Below are positions 13,896-25,424 of a DNA stretch of 64,000 nt, one piece after another. Each line of letters starts with the position of its first letter. The first letter of the stretch is position 1. The position numbers were made by a program, and so were the translations under genes. Origin of the DNA: Penicillus capitatus (Eukaryota; Plantae; Chlorophyta); assembly GCA_965649825.1 (NCBI GenBank), contig OZ287701.1:795101-859100 (forward strand). The letters run 5' to 3'. The notes beneath the pieces are model-generated. The model saw only the letters and a list, made by a program, of their open reading frames with translations, did not search any database and had not been told where the DNA came from.

Positions 13896-16228
13896 TCATG
13901 TGTTGGCATGCTCTGCCGAGCTGAGTGCCAGTCCTGAGTCTGCAGCCGTGGCCACCGTGTTCAGAACTAAACCGCTTGGTGTCGTCTGGTGATCAGAATT
14001 CAATCCCAGATTGGCAGTGGCGTCAGATCCCACCACATTCTCGACGTGCATCATCTGATCCTGCACGGAAAAGCTGCGCGCTGGGGAAAAGTTGGCCGAT
14101 ACAGAGTGGTTTAGCATACCCCCGTAACCAGAGATGCCAAGAAAAGAGGCACTGCCATACGTCGGGGTGCTCAACAAACCAAAACTGCTATCCAAACTTC
14201 CAGCCAAATCTGGAAGAATGGCGCTTTGACTTCTTAAATGTTCGCCCGCTGTAGAATGGGAATGCTGAAGTCTGGGAGGATGATTAGGAATGGGGCTCGA
14301 AACTCCTTGATAGATCGGCGCAAAAGCCGCTCCACTGAAACTGTGACGTGGTCCATGACGCGGTCCGTGAGGAGGCGGCGGTCCCAGAGACAAAGAATTC
14401 ATCGAGAAATTCAAACCCTCAAATGCAGAATGATTCGATTGCTTCATCATCCTAAGCACAAACACACACGCTTTCTCATCTACTGTATCGATAGAGCACG
14501 CGGTGGCGCCTTCTTTGGCGAGAAGCCTTTGTAAACGGAGCAGTTCTCTGATCAAATGAGTGGCTGCGGCGTTCGAAATTAGACACCTATACCCACAGAT
14601 CTGCTCTGCAAGAAACAGGAAGACAGTGGACAATGCACACCGATGCAGAATTGACAAATTGACGGCCAGCAAGTTTTTGGAAGTTTACAGAGGGACCGTC
14701 CTTCGGATTCAATCCGTGCTTACGAGCAAACGCATTTGACATTCGCGGCGCAACTCCTGTAAACACAAAGCCATACAAATAACTGTCGTCGAATCTTTGG
14801 ATCGATCGATCGATCGATCGCGACCTGCGGTGCGAGCAGCTTGAACTTTTTGCGTCAGATTCCCCGACAGCGTCTTTCCCAATTCTTGAGGGGACGGCAC
14901 TTTGTCAACCAGAGCCATTTTCGAAGGATCTTCATCTGTTTTGGGTACGGTCATGAGCGGAGGTAATGTCCCCTGACTCGGTGGTTCCCTACTTTGCATC
15001 TGCATCTCTGGCGGTTTTTCATTGTCGTTGTTGTTGGTCGAAACATTCTCTTTCTTTTCTGGATCTGGTGCGCGTTCTTCCAGTTCTGGTTTCTTTTGTT
15101 TGGATGCTGCTTGGGCAGCAGAGGGTGGTATGTTCTTCAAGTCGTCTGGTGTCGGCGTCCACGTGTGTGTCGGAGATCTCAATTCAGTCAAACTATGAGA
15201 AAAGAAGCAAACTGGACGACGACACTTGTTTCCGTCTTTACACAGCTGTGTCCGAAATCTACGTCTCACTTTTTCAGACGAACAGAGAAGGTGTCTTCTC
15301 ACCTGGAAGGATGAAGCCAACACTCGAAGACACCATGAGCATAGGGACAACTGTCTCCGCGGATGCAAAATCCTTGCTTATAGTCAGGGCATGGAATGCT
15401 GCAGTATCTGAATTCCCTTGGATCTCGACGACGTGCGTTTTCTGTTGGATGCGCAAAGGGACAGGCTCTCCAATCATGCGCATAACGTCTGCAGCATCGC
15501 AGAATTTTGAAACAGAACATTCGGAACTCGTCTGTCGAGTATTCGGGCTTCGTCAACTCTTGAGTGGAATAGGGAAGGGCCTCTGAATTGAAAGAATCGT
15601 TGCCTCCACCGCCGCCTCCAGAATCCTGTCGTGGTATATTCCACATTCCGCGCATTTGTGGATTGGACAGATCGACGCCTCCTGCTGGCAGAGCATCGAG
15701 CGCCAGACGTCCTCCGCCTGGCGTATTCAGATGACCAGTACTATCCAGTTGTCCGTGCAGAACTTGTAAACTGTGTTCGGCATCGCGCAGATAGGCGACG
15801 ACGGTGGCCGCCTCTGGACGCCGACTGCTGTAGGCCAAGTCGCATGCTGTCATTCCGTCTGGAGATACGATTCCTGGGTCTGCTCCGCTGATGGCGAGCA
15901 GCGACAAGACACGCATGCTTCCGTGGAAGGCCGCTATCATCAGCAGCGTTCGTTGCTTCACCGTAACGGGCGGTTTTACAGCGTCTTCTCCTTGCGTGTT
16001 CGTTTGTTCGGGAGTGGCAGAAGATGATGCATCGGGACGAGACCCCCAGTATAGAAGAACGTAAAACTGATTCACTTTGGCGGACGGCTCGGTACCGAGA
16101 TCCGCTTCGACGGCATGGGCGTCATCTTCTACGACTGCTCGAAAAAGGGGGCTGCTCTCGCTCAGCAACGGTTCCCAAATTTGACCCTGCTGAACGTAGT
16201 GACCGAAAACGCTATCGGATGCGCTCAT
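13896..16228 (-). CDS. Ankyrin-repeat plus RR-tandem CCCH zinc finger (TZF) RNA-binding protein
   Basis: An ankyrin repeat ([27 protein letters not shown]) is followed by the RR-TZF signature [66 protein letters not shown]|[22 protein letters not shown]. The low-complexity C-terminal exons and the exact start and end are less certain. Confidence 0.87.
14800..14819. repeat. (GATC)5 palindromic microsatellite inside an intron of the TZF gene
   Basis: Sequence ggatcgatcgatcgatcgatcgcg, read directly. Confidence 0.9.
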
Positions 16229-16447
16229 GACTGGCGTCACTGAAAAAAACGAGACAGATACGGAGCACGTTGGCTGACGTCTCCAGTGAAATGAGCAGTC
16301 GACCGACCTCCTCGGCGCTGGCACTTGACTCGATTTATTCTGCTAAACAAACGACGACGACAACGACGACGACAAACCGAACAAACGCACAGATGCTAAA
16401 TCAACGATCGAGAATGAGTAAACGCGACGGGTGCGATGGGACGGGCG

Positions 16448-17910
16448 ATGAAAACGATTAAGTTGCGAACAGCAGTCGATCGGCTACGATTCGTGATCGA
16501 ATCGACAGAGAAACGCATCGAAGCCTCCGTGCAGTGGCCGGGCGAGCCGATCGAGTATCCCCATGGCGATCGATATCGAGTGCCTTCTCTTCTGCGCGAT
16601 GACAGCGATGCGATGCGACATGATGATCGCAAGGAAGAGTTGTTTATACGTGGCAATCGCATCATGAGATATCGACAGGCTCGTGTCTGTGTGAACAGAG
16701 ATCTTTATGAAAGTCTATATCTCTCTGCTGTCCTAAGTGCTTTCGATTCGTTGAGCGAAGAAACGAATGGATCGTTTGGATCTGGCAGGTGGTTGGAAAT
16801 TTGATTCGAGAAAGGGAGAGCTAGAACTCTTTCTGACATCGGGAACAGTCATGCGGTATAGAGGAGGGTGGAACGAAGATAAGACAGACGGGTTTGATCC
16901 AAATCTGCGCCACAGAGAGAAAAGACGATCTGTGTGAACATGTAGATTTGGAGTGTACGTGTCGCAACGGGTCAAACTACGAAGGAGAGTTCCGCGATGG
17001 CAAAGCGAAGACGTTTTATACCGAAGTGCAGGATCGTGAAAACGGCATCTATGTTGCATCGTCCACTGTCAACATCTCTGGGGAGCATCAACTCTATGTT
17101 CTCACAGGCAGTGTTCTCCATATCCTCTTCTCTTGAGCTGTGAGCATTTTTCTCATTAGGAAGCAGGAAATGCCTTTCAGACTGGCCATATACATTGCAT
17201 GTGGATCCAGACAAGCCGTGTACAAAAACGAGCAGCATCCATGCAGAGCAACGCTTCAACAAAAAGCTTTCTCTCTGGATGTATACAACATGAATTTGTT
17301 GTCTCTCCACGGGATGTTTGCAGAAATCTATGTCTATGATGACGTCCAAAAGCAGTTTCCGATCGAGGTCATATCGCATTCTGCACTCCACGTTGTACTG
17401 AAATTGATGATAGGTGCATTTGACCGGATGTCGAGCGCCACGTAGGTACACGTCTGGGCATCGACGGGCAATACCACTGCTCATTCCAACCGCTCACCGA
17501 CGAAATGTCTCGTCTCTTTGTCACTTCATACGTCAGCATCTTCCACGTACTCCCCTCTCTATCCAGGCATCACCATCGATCTGATAAAAGGCCTCACTCT
17601 CACAGCCAAGCAGGTTGGCAAAGTCGAAACACCATTCGGCGAGGTCACAAAGACGAGGAGGCAAAACGGAAGCATGTCCTCAGAGAGGTAATGACTGAGG
17701 AGGAGGAAGAGCGCTCCATGGAGAGTGCCCAAACCAAACTCATCAAAATGCAGATCCGCCGCCCTCTCTCTCTATGAAAAACCCTTCCACATGTCGCAGG
17801 AGCACCCAGACGTTCCAGTGATCACCAATCTGGAAGATCTGTGGAAACTGAGAAAACTGCAGAAAGAGACAAAGACATCATCAACCAGCTCAGCGCTGAT
17901 AATATGCTAG
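16448..17910 (+). pseudogene. Degenerate MORN-repeat plus filamin/Ig-repeat gene with retained introns and several frameshifts
   Basis: MORN-like pieces (EYPHGDRYR; GRVVYTW; RYRGGWNEDKTDG|FGVY; NGSNYEGEFRDGK) and filamin-like pieces (VQDRENGIYVASSTVNISGEHQLYV; WPYTLHVDPDKP; GCIQHEFVVSPRDVCRNLC; DGQYHCSFQP) fall in different reading frames. The available splice sites do not reconcile them. Confidence 0.45.
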
Positions 17911-19585
17911 AACCATCTCCTCTATCCGATGTCTCAGTTCGTTCAGTCCTGTGCCATTCAGTGCAGAAATCAAGACTCTTTTGGCGTGAAATCCGCCTTC
18001 CTCTTTACGAAGGGAGCCCAACCAATGATCGAATACTCCTCGTCGTGAAACAGCCGTTTTGATCTGCAGCTGTCCGCTCTGCGGCAGACTCTGCACATAC
18101 AGAGGTGTTGTGTGGATCATTTGCAGTTTGTCGATCTTGTTGAATGCTTCGATCGTTCTGTACTGCAGCGTCTCAGATGATACACCCACTTCTCGAAGTG
18201 TCTGGAACACTGTCCTGAGGGTCACATCATGAGATTTGTAGGCACACTTTGTAGACTTCTTGTCTTTGGCGTTTCATGTCCTGAGCATCGGCATCAATGA
18301 TATGAAGAACAATGTCGGCATGAGATGCCTCTTCCAATGTGGCCCGAAAGGCAGCAAAGAGACAGACAGGCAAATCCGAAATGAATCCCACGGTATCACT
18401 CAACACACAACGCTACACAACACACGGCTCACACAATCACACATACACTCGCATTACTTGTCCACCAGGCAATGTCAGGTGACGGGAGATGGGATCCAAT
18501 GTCTTGAAAAAGAGATCATCGCATTCGAGTTCCGATTTCGTCAGTTTTCCCACGAGGGTGGACTTTCCTGCAAGGAGGTGTGGTGTGTGTCAGGCACACT
18601 TGTCGAAGGGCACGCACTGCGCACCTGCATTGGTGTAACCGACAACGGCAATGACTGGAATGCTGTTTCGCTTCCGTGATTGACGTTGGATCTCTCTTGT
18701 CTTCTTTACGTCCATGATTTGTTTCTTCACTTTCTGCACCTTTTGCATGATGCGACGGCGTTGCAGCACGATCTCTTTCTCTCCTTGTCCGCCGCCTCCA
18801 CCCAATCCTCCCTGTCCACCTCCACTACGTCCCCGTTCTCTAATAGTAAATCACGCATGGACTGGGAAGGTCAGGTTGCTGTCATGGAGCACTTGGCACT
18901 GACGACTTGCGATGCCCCATCGACACCGAACGTTGCAGGGCGGCCAGTCGCGTCCATGAGACGCACCAGTCTCGTTTTGGCCAACTGTAGACAGGCGAGT
19001 TGCACCTGATGGAAATCTCTATGCAAAGATGGATCTTGCCAGTGGGGGGCGTGATAACTTGGAGTTTGGCTTCGCTGGTTCGTGCTCGCTGAGCAAAGAT
19101 GTTGACGATGAGACCGATGCGATCTAACACACGAAGCCCCAACGCCTCTTCGAGATTTCGCACTTGGACACCCGTCAGAATCGCATTGATGAAGATTTCA
19201 TCGTAGTCTGAGCATTTCTCCTGTAGAGAGGCGACCCAACCGGAACCGAAATATGTCGCAACACGAGGGACAAATCGTTTGGCCTTGCCGGCAAGGATGA
19301 GATCACAGTGATGTCCTGGAATATGTGTGAGACGGATCGATGATTCGAGAGAGACCTGTGTAGGTAACTGCCAGTCGTTTTGCCTCGTTCTGTTGATCTG
19401 CTGTTGAACGTGGCTGGACAATGAGCAGTTCATTGAAGTCGTCGTTCTTTGAAACAGTACGGAGCCAACGAAGGACAGAGCCGAACGCCGGAAAGTTCCT
19501 TATTTGTTGCGTGCAGGACATCCATCGAAAGCAGTGGAAGTGCATCGCTTTACATGTACCACAATGACGAAAATGACAGCGACAT
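17890..19585 (-). CDS. hflX: HflX/GTPBP6-family GTPase, probably organelle-targeted
   Basis: It contains LRVLDRIGLIVNIFAQRARTSEAKLQ, Gly-rich GGGGGQGEKEIVLQRRRI, G1 VAVVGYTNAG|KS, FATLDP, G3 LSDTVGF and G4 FNKID. Exon 1 MSLSFSSL|WNFPAF joins in phase across a GT-AG intron. Confidence 0.92.
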
Positions 19586-22558
19586 GATGTCGCGCAGTCG
19601 ATGGGCAAATACGACGAAGGCTTATAGGTTACAAAGACTGTTCATACAATAATGTCTTGAGTTTATACAATTCCTTGGTCAGCTGCACGAAGGTGGCCAA
19701 CTGTCCACTGACACATGACTATGTAAGGGAAATACCAGTTATGGACCAGAGTTGACAGAGCTGAATTGGAAGAAAGATATCCTGAGGGTTGACGATCGGT
19801 TATCATGATCTTTCTAATTCTATTCGATAATGTACGGCTCGAAACTCGTTTGTCGACCTTTGTTCGACATAAAGATCGTCTACTCGATAGGTTCGACAAC
19901 TAATCGGTACCTCGCAGTGGATCGAACACGAAGAGGTGAATTCGTTTTGGAGGATTTGAATGCGTCATTAGTATTCGATGATCTACCGAGACGACTAGGA
20001 TTATTTAATCTATAATTGCCTGTACTTGTTTTCTTAAAAAGCGCGTGCGAGTGCTTCAGAGAAAGCGTATCCGTTGACGAAAAGAAGAGGCAAGAATCAT
20101 GTCCTCTACCGTGCAACTACTCCTTGAAGTGTGGATTTATGCTTCAATCCTGGCTCCATAGAGTAATTATCCATCTAACAACTTGGGTATGGACTCCACG
20201 AGCGTAGCATAACGTGAAGTGCATGGACAGTTTTGTATATTCAGTGTGGTATCATGGATGAATAATGAAGTTATGCAAGAAGCTCTTTTCCTTATGTCAC
20301 TTGCGAATCGTATCCGATGGAAGTGATCAAGGGAATCGCCTAACTGATCAACCACAACTGTCCCGTTTTTGGACTTTCAATGAGATGGATCGATCGAGGA
20401 GAACGAGTAGTATCTACAGATCAACGTCCATTTCCACATTCAAAAAGGTATCATAGAATGATGCGCAGATAAAATGCGTTTGCAACGTGAATCTTGTGAT
20501 CGCGGTCAAAGAAAGATTCATGCTTAACGGATCCAATCTCGTTCATCTAACTCGCACGTAATGGGCATTCATGACAGATATGTGTACCCCGGCTTTTTTC
20601 TGGCCCCTAAGGAATGATTGAGTTTTTGGACATATTGCAAACTCTCTGCGCACAAACGCATGCATATGTCAAATCACCAGAGCTTCCCATGTCAACCTTC
20701 CACCTTGCCTCAATGATTTCGACAATTGTGCGCAAAGTCCGATTAACAAAGACCAAGTGACGATGTTGCTTTCTTCGAAATAAGATTAAGTCGATCAATC
20801 ACTGCGCTATTCTTCTATCGGTCAGTGGATGAGGTGCAAGGACACTTCTTTGATTCGCACAATTTAATCGATGGTTGTTTCTTTGGAGAGTTCAGGAGAG
20901 AAACTCAAGCGAACAAAAAGATCATCGCTAAAGGTCTTAATGACAGAGCTAAGCCGTTAGTCAATGATACCTTACCCAATTGAAACGAACCAAGAGTTAC
21001 ATACACAATTAGAGATCCGTTCGATTCATAGATATCTCAATCATTGATTCAAAGAGATGTTGAATGGCTAGTGATTCGAAGTTCAGGAGATCGATTGAAT
21101 GGTCTCGTTTTGTACGTCTTACGAAAGATGCAATAACATCGATCGTCGAGATTTGTTGTTTGGACATTTTGATGCATTTCTAGATACGACATTATTCAAC
21201 AGATTCTATAACTTCTGCCTTTGATAAAGTTCATTTGCCTTGTGCATGAAATGGACTTCTATCCAACGAAGCCGTGTCCAAAAGGTACTTTGGATGTTCA
21301 ACGGGTAGCCTTTGTTTGTTGCAGCATTTGGTGCATCTAAAGCGTCCCTACCATGCGGTGCGGTGCTGTGTGTGCTTTGCTAGAAATCCTTTCGAAGAAT
21401 CGGTTCGTGCGGAGTGAACCATGCTGTTAGAAGAGATATACGATACCACCATCCTTTTCCGATACGTAAAGGAACAGAGTTATCTGTGCATGTCTATACC
21501 CATAGCACAAGGAGTTTATTTTTCAGATAGTCGGTAAAGAGATGCCTTCTTTAGCACAGTTGACACCTCTCACATTTCTTGGAAAGTGCGATTAACATCG
21601 CGTGCAGTGCATAGACGAAAGCAGTTGACAAATCCACTGAACTTAGCCATGCATTGCTTTAAGAAGTCTACACCCGCACGTATTCATTAGGCACCTTTAC
21701 AGAATCCCTGCTTAGTGCAGAATAGGTATCTTTGTTATCCCAATGAAGAGTCGTTATTGGCAAGTGTCCACGTGCCCGTTCTAGAAATGTGAGTGACTAT
21801 AGCAATTATGCTGACAGGAATTGTCAGATCAGGAAACATGACTGTCGAATAACAGGACGCTTACCTATATAACGATGTACCGACGCACTTGTAAGGTTTC
21901 CTCTCTACTGGTGGCCTCAACGCGCTCAGATCATTCGGCGACGCTCTCGGTCCTAACAAGATTTTGTCAGCCATGACGCGAAGATGTAAGAAAATGACGA
22001 TACTATTCGCGCCTCGTGCAGTCTCATCGTTTCCATCGGCTCAGCTTCAAAATAGAGCAGATACGTCACGACGATTTCTTAGTGGAAGTTGTCTGTGCCA
22101 TAGTAACGGCAACACCGCGTCGACAATTCGTTAGGTTTATCAAGGAATGTTACGGAGACGCACCTCAGGGAAAACTCGGCCACTCCATCCACCCTCCCCT
22201 ATTCTCCAACATTCCAAAAATACCGACGGCCACACAGATCGTCCACCGTGTCTTCGTCTTTGGAGAAACGACACACAGCTTCCGACGGAAACTATTTCGA
22301 GAAAGTTTCCAGCCTTCCGTCAGATTCCAAAATGGACACCTGGCATCCACGTCGATGCAGCTAGCTACGATTCTCCTACCCCTTCGCTCTGACTCGTCCT
22401 CTTTTCATACCTTTAGAAACCACGGCCACAGTTTCTTGACGCAGCAGCGCGTCGCAGTCTCGTGAGACGCGTGATAGTTGACAGCGCTCTAAAGCATCTG
22501 CTGCAATCATCAGCAGCATTTCTGACATTACACAACCTATCTTCAAGTCGTTCACATC

Positions 22559-23652
22559 ATGTCTGGACCGAACCCACAACACATACCGGAGCAGCATCGC
22601 CACCGAAGACAAGACTCACGCGTCACGGCCGTATCGTCGACGCCTAGTGCAGAGACGGTGTCTGGAATACCGCTCGTTCAGGTTTACGCACCGCCGTTGG
22701 GTCACGAGTACGGAGTGCAGCAGCAGTTTCCGCCACCCCTTCCGACGGCACAGTATATCCAGTACGGTGGAGCGGGATACGAATACAAGCCCGAGTATGC
22801 CACTCACGCCGCCATGCCGCATCCACCCCCACCACCGAGCCTTTACTACAGTCGTTATCCGACGCCGAACCATGCTGGCGTTTCAATGCCCCAAGGGGCA
22901 ATGCCGCCGCCTTTAGTGACGTCGGCAGGGCATGTCCGAACGCGACAGGTTCCTGCGAACTACAACGACGGTCGTGTGTATACCTTAACTTTTGACGACG
23001 CTGTTGTCCGAGACGACTTCGTCAAACGCATCCTCTGTCTCATGCTGCTTCAGTTTATCGCCTCTTCGGCGTTTTCTGCCCTCTGCCTGGAACATAGTGG
23101 ATTCAGGGAGGTAGTCAAGGGCATTCCATGGGTTCTCTGGATTTCAATGGTTAGCGGGTTGATGGTGATCATTTTTACCAAGGTCAAACCGGAGACTTCT
23201 CGCAAAAGGTTCCCAGAGCGGTACATATTTCTGGCCTGGACGGCCGCTTTGGTGATATCTCTCACATGGATCACAACGTTGCTGAATCTGGAGTTCCTGC
23301 TGATACTGCAAGTCTTGCTGGCAGTCATCATCGCCTCGCTGCTGATCGTAAATGCCTCGATCATACGGTTCATCACCGATAACCGTTTTCTGTTGTCTAG
23401 TCGAGTGCTTTACAGAAGACTGCTTTGTTGACAGGAAGAACGTTATTGGTTGCCGCCTGTTCGCTTCTAGTTGTGGCCATTCCTATGGGTACGTTCTATG
23501 CGGATGACCCTGGGGTGGTCTTCTTTGGCATTTTCGTTTCCGTCCTCATTATGATATTCTTTCTGTTTCGTGTACACTATCTCATGGGAGATGAATGGAG
23601 AAAACTGCAGCCACATGAAGCATGCACCGCCGCCATGAGCGTCTATTTCTAG
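22559..23652 (+). CDS. Lifeguard/TMBIM (Bax inhibitor-1 family) membrane protein with a Pro/Tyr-rich N-terminus; atypical, shortened C-terminus
   Basis: A Pro/Tyr/Gly-rich N-terminal tail precedes DDAVVRDDFVKRILCLMLLQF (the LFG VR..F..KV..IL..QL pattern), RKRFPERYIFL and several hydrophobic helices. One intron at 23348-23415 joins LLI|KTALLTG in phase. The protein ends AAMSVYF-TAG. Confidence 0.75.
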
Positions 23653-23664
23653 TGGACAGACAGC

Positions 23665-25344
23665 TCATTGCTTCAACACCTTGTGTTTCTCTCCAACCTA
23701 TCCAATCCTCGAGGTTTTCTAACGAAACACAAAACAGCACGAACCATTGCAAATTTCTCGATCGCTTCTGTAAGCTGTTTCTTAGTGTGGAGGGCAGATA
23801 GTTGAACGCGGATTCTTGCTTCCCCTTCAGGCACAACTGGATAGCTAAACCCAATGACATAAACACCTGGAAGAATCGTTCTCAATAAAGCACGATCAGG
23901 CTGACGATGAGACTCGCCCTCTTTCAGAAGATCTTGTGCGACATTACTGGTGAGCTGAGCGTTGTAGAGCATAACAGGCTAAGAAAGAGCAAACTTAGCC
24001 CCTTGATCATTTAATTAATTGGCCTTACGATGATGGGATGGCCCGAGCCACACAGCTTAAATGATTGTGTCATTTGATGTCTGAAATAATCCATGTTCTC
24101 ACGAAGGGACTCTCTGAGAGCATGGCTTTCATGTATTAAATCGAATGCCGCGATAGACGCTCCCACAATCGGTGGAGGCAATGAATTTGAAAAGAGATAG
24201 GGGCGTGATTTTTGCCGAAGAATTTGAATAACCTCACTCGATGCCGTTGTGTAACCGCCTGTTCCTCCACCCATGGCTTTGCCCAGTGTTGAATTGATGA
24301 TATGCACTCGCCCCTCCACTCCACATAGCTCTGCCGTGCCCCTCCCATGTTTGCCTAGAAACCCTGTTGCGTGGCAGTCATCCACGAAAACGTAGGCATC
24401 GAACTCTTGAGCCAGGTCACAGATATCCTTCAACGGAGCGATTTCGCCTGGACACGTCTCATGTTAAAACCATATGTGTACATGAATAAGAAACACCTAC
24501 CATCCATAGAGAATGCGCCATCTGTCGCAATCAATCGAAAACGGCTGTTCTTTGATTCTTCGCTCATCAGCTGCGATCGTAGATCGTTCATATCGCGATG
24601 CTTGTATCGTGCGCGTTTGGCCTGAATGCCACTGACGCCTCATCGCAAATCACACATCGAGGACGATCTCACTTTGCACAGTCGGATGCCGTCAATGATC
24701 GATGCGTGATTCAGGGCATCCGAGAAGACGATGTCGTCTTTTGTCAGCAGTGCCTCGAACAGCCCTGCATTGGCATCGAAACAGCTGGTATAGAGAATGG
24801 TGTCCTCCGTTCCATGAAAGGCACTGATTTTGTCTTCCAGCTGCTTATGCACATCCTGCAAAGCAACAACGATTCTCCATACAGATCGCGTGATCTCAGA
24901 GGCTACCTGTGTGCCACAGATAAAGCGCACAGACGAGAGGCCGTAGCCATGGGATCGGATTGCTGCTTGGGCAGCCTCCAGGATCTTGGGATGGTTGCTG
25001 AGACCGAGATAGTTGTTGCTACCTACACACGCGGCAGTTGAGACGCGTCGTACATGACGCCCATAGCGGAGTAGATACATAGATTCAGGACACGTTGGCC
25101 ATCGACAAGCTCTGGAAACAAACAATGTCTCAAACTTGCGTATCCTTCGGCGTAACGGACTTATCGCTTCGCTTTGGGGAGACGTAATGATACGTTCCTC
25201 TTTGTATTTGCCACTCGCTTTCACCTCTGCGATTTGCGCCGTCAGCGTCTCGGACATTACATCGCGCTTGGACTGCGCTTCCGTTAACGACGCAAAACAG
25301 CGAAAGTGGCGAGGCAGAGAACGGCCGAAACGAAAGAGCGACAT
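23665..25344 (-). CDS. GCAT: 2-amino-3-ketobutyrate CoA ligase (glycine C-acetyltransferase), mitochondrial-type presequence
   Basis: It contains NLC|[61 protein letters not shown], the PLP-lysine motif [16 protein letters not shown] and [19 protein letters not shown]. It has six short introns. Confidence 0.95.
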
Positions 25345-25424
25345 CACGGAACGATGTTCAAGACGATCGTCGTCAATCACAATGTATTCGATGGTCCATC
25401 AAAAGCGCCGACGGACGGGGAAGT

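Noticed and set aside
17108-17159. Additional GC-AG intron, and similarly one at about 59070-59116
   Set aside because: An in-phase GT donor lies 3-4 nt away in each case, so these are ambiguous and not counted.
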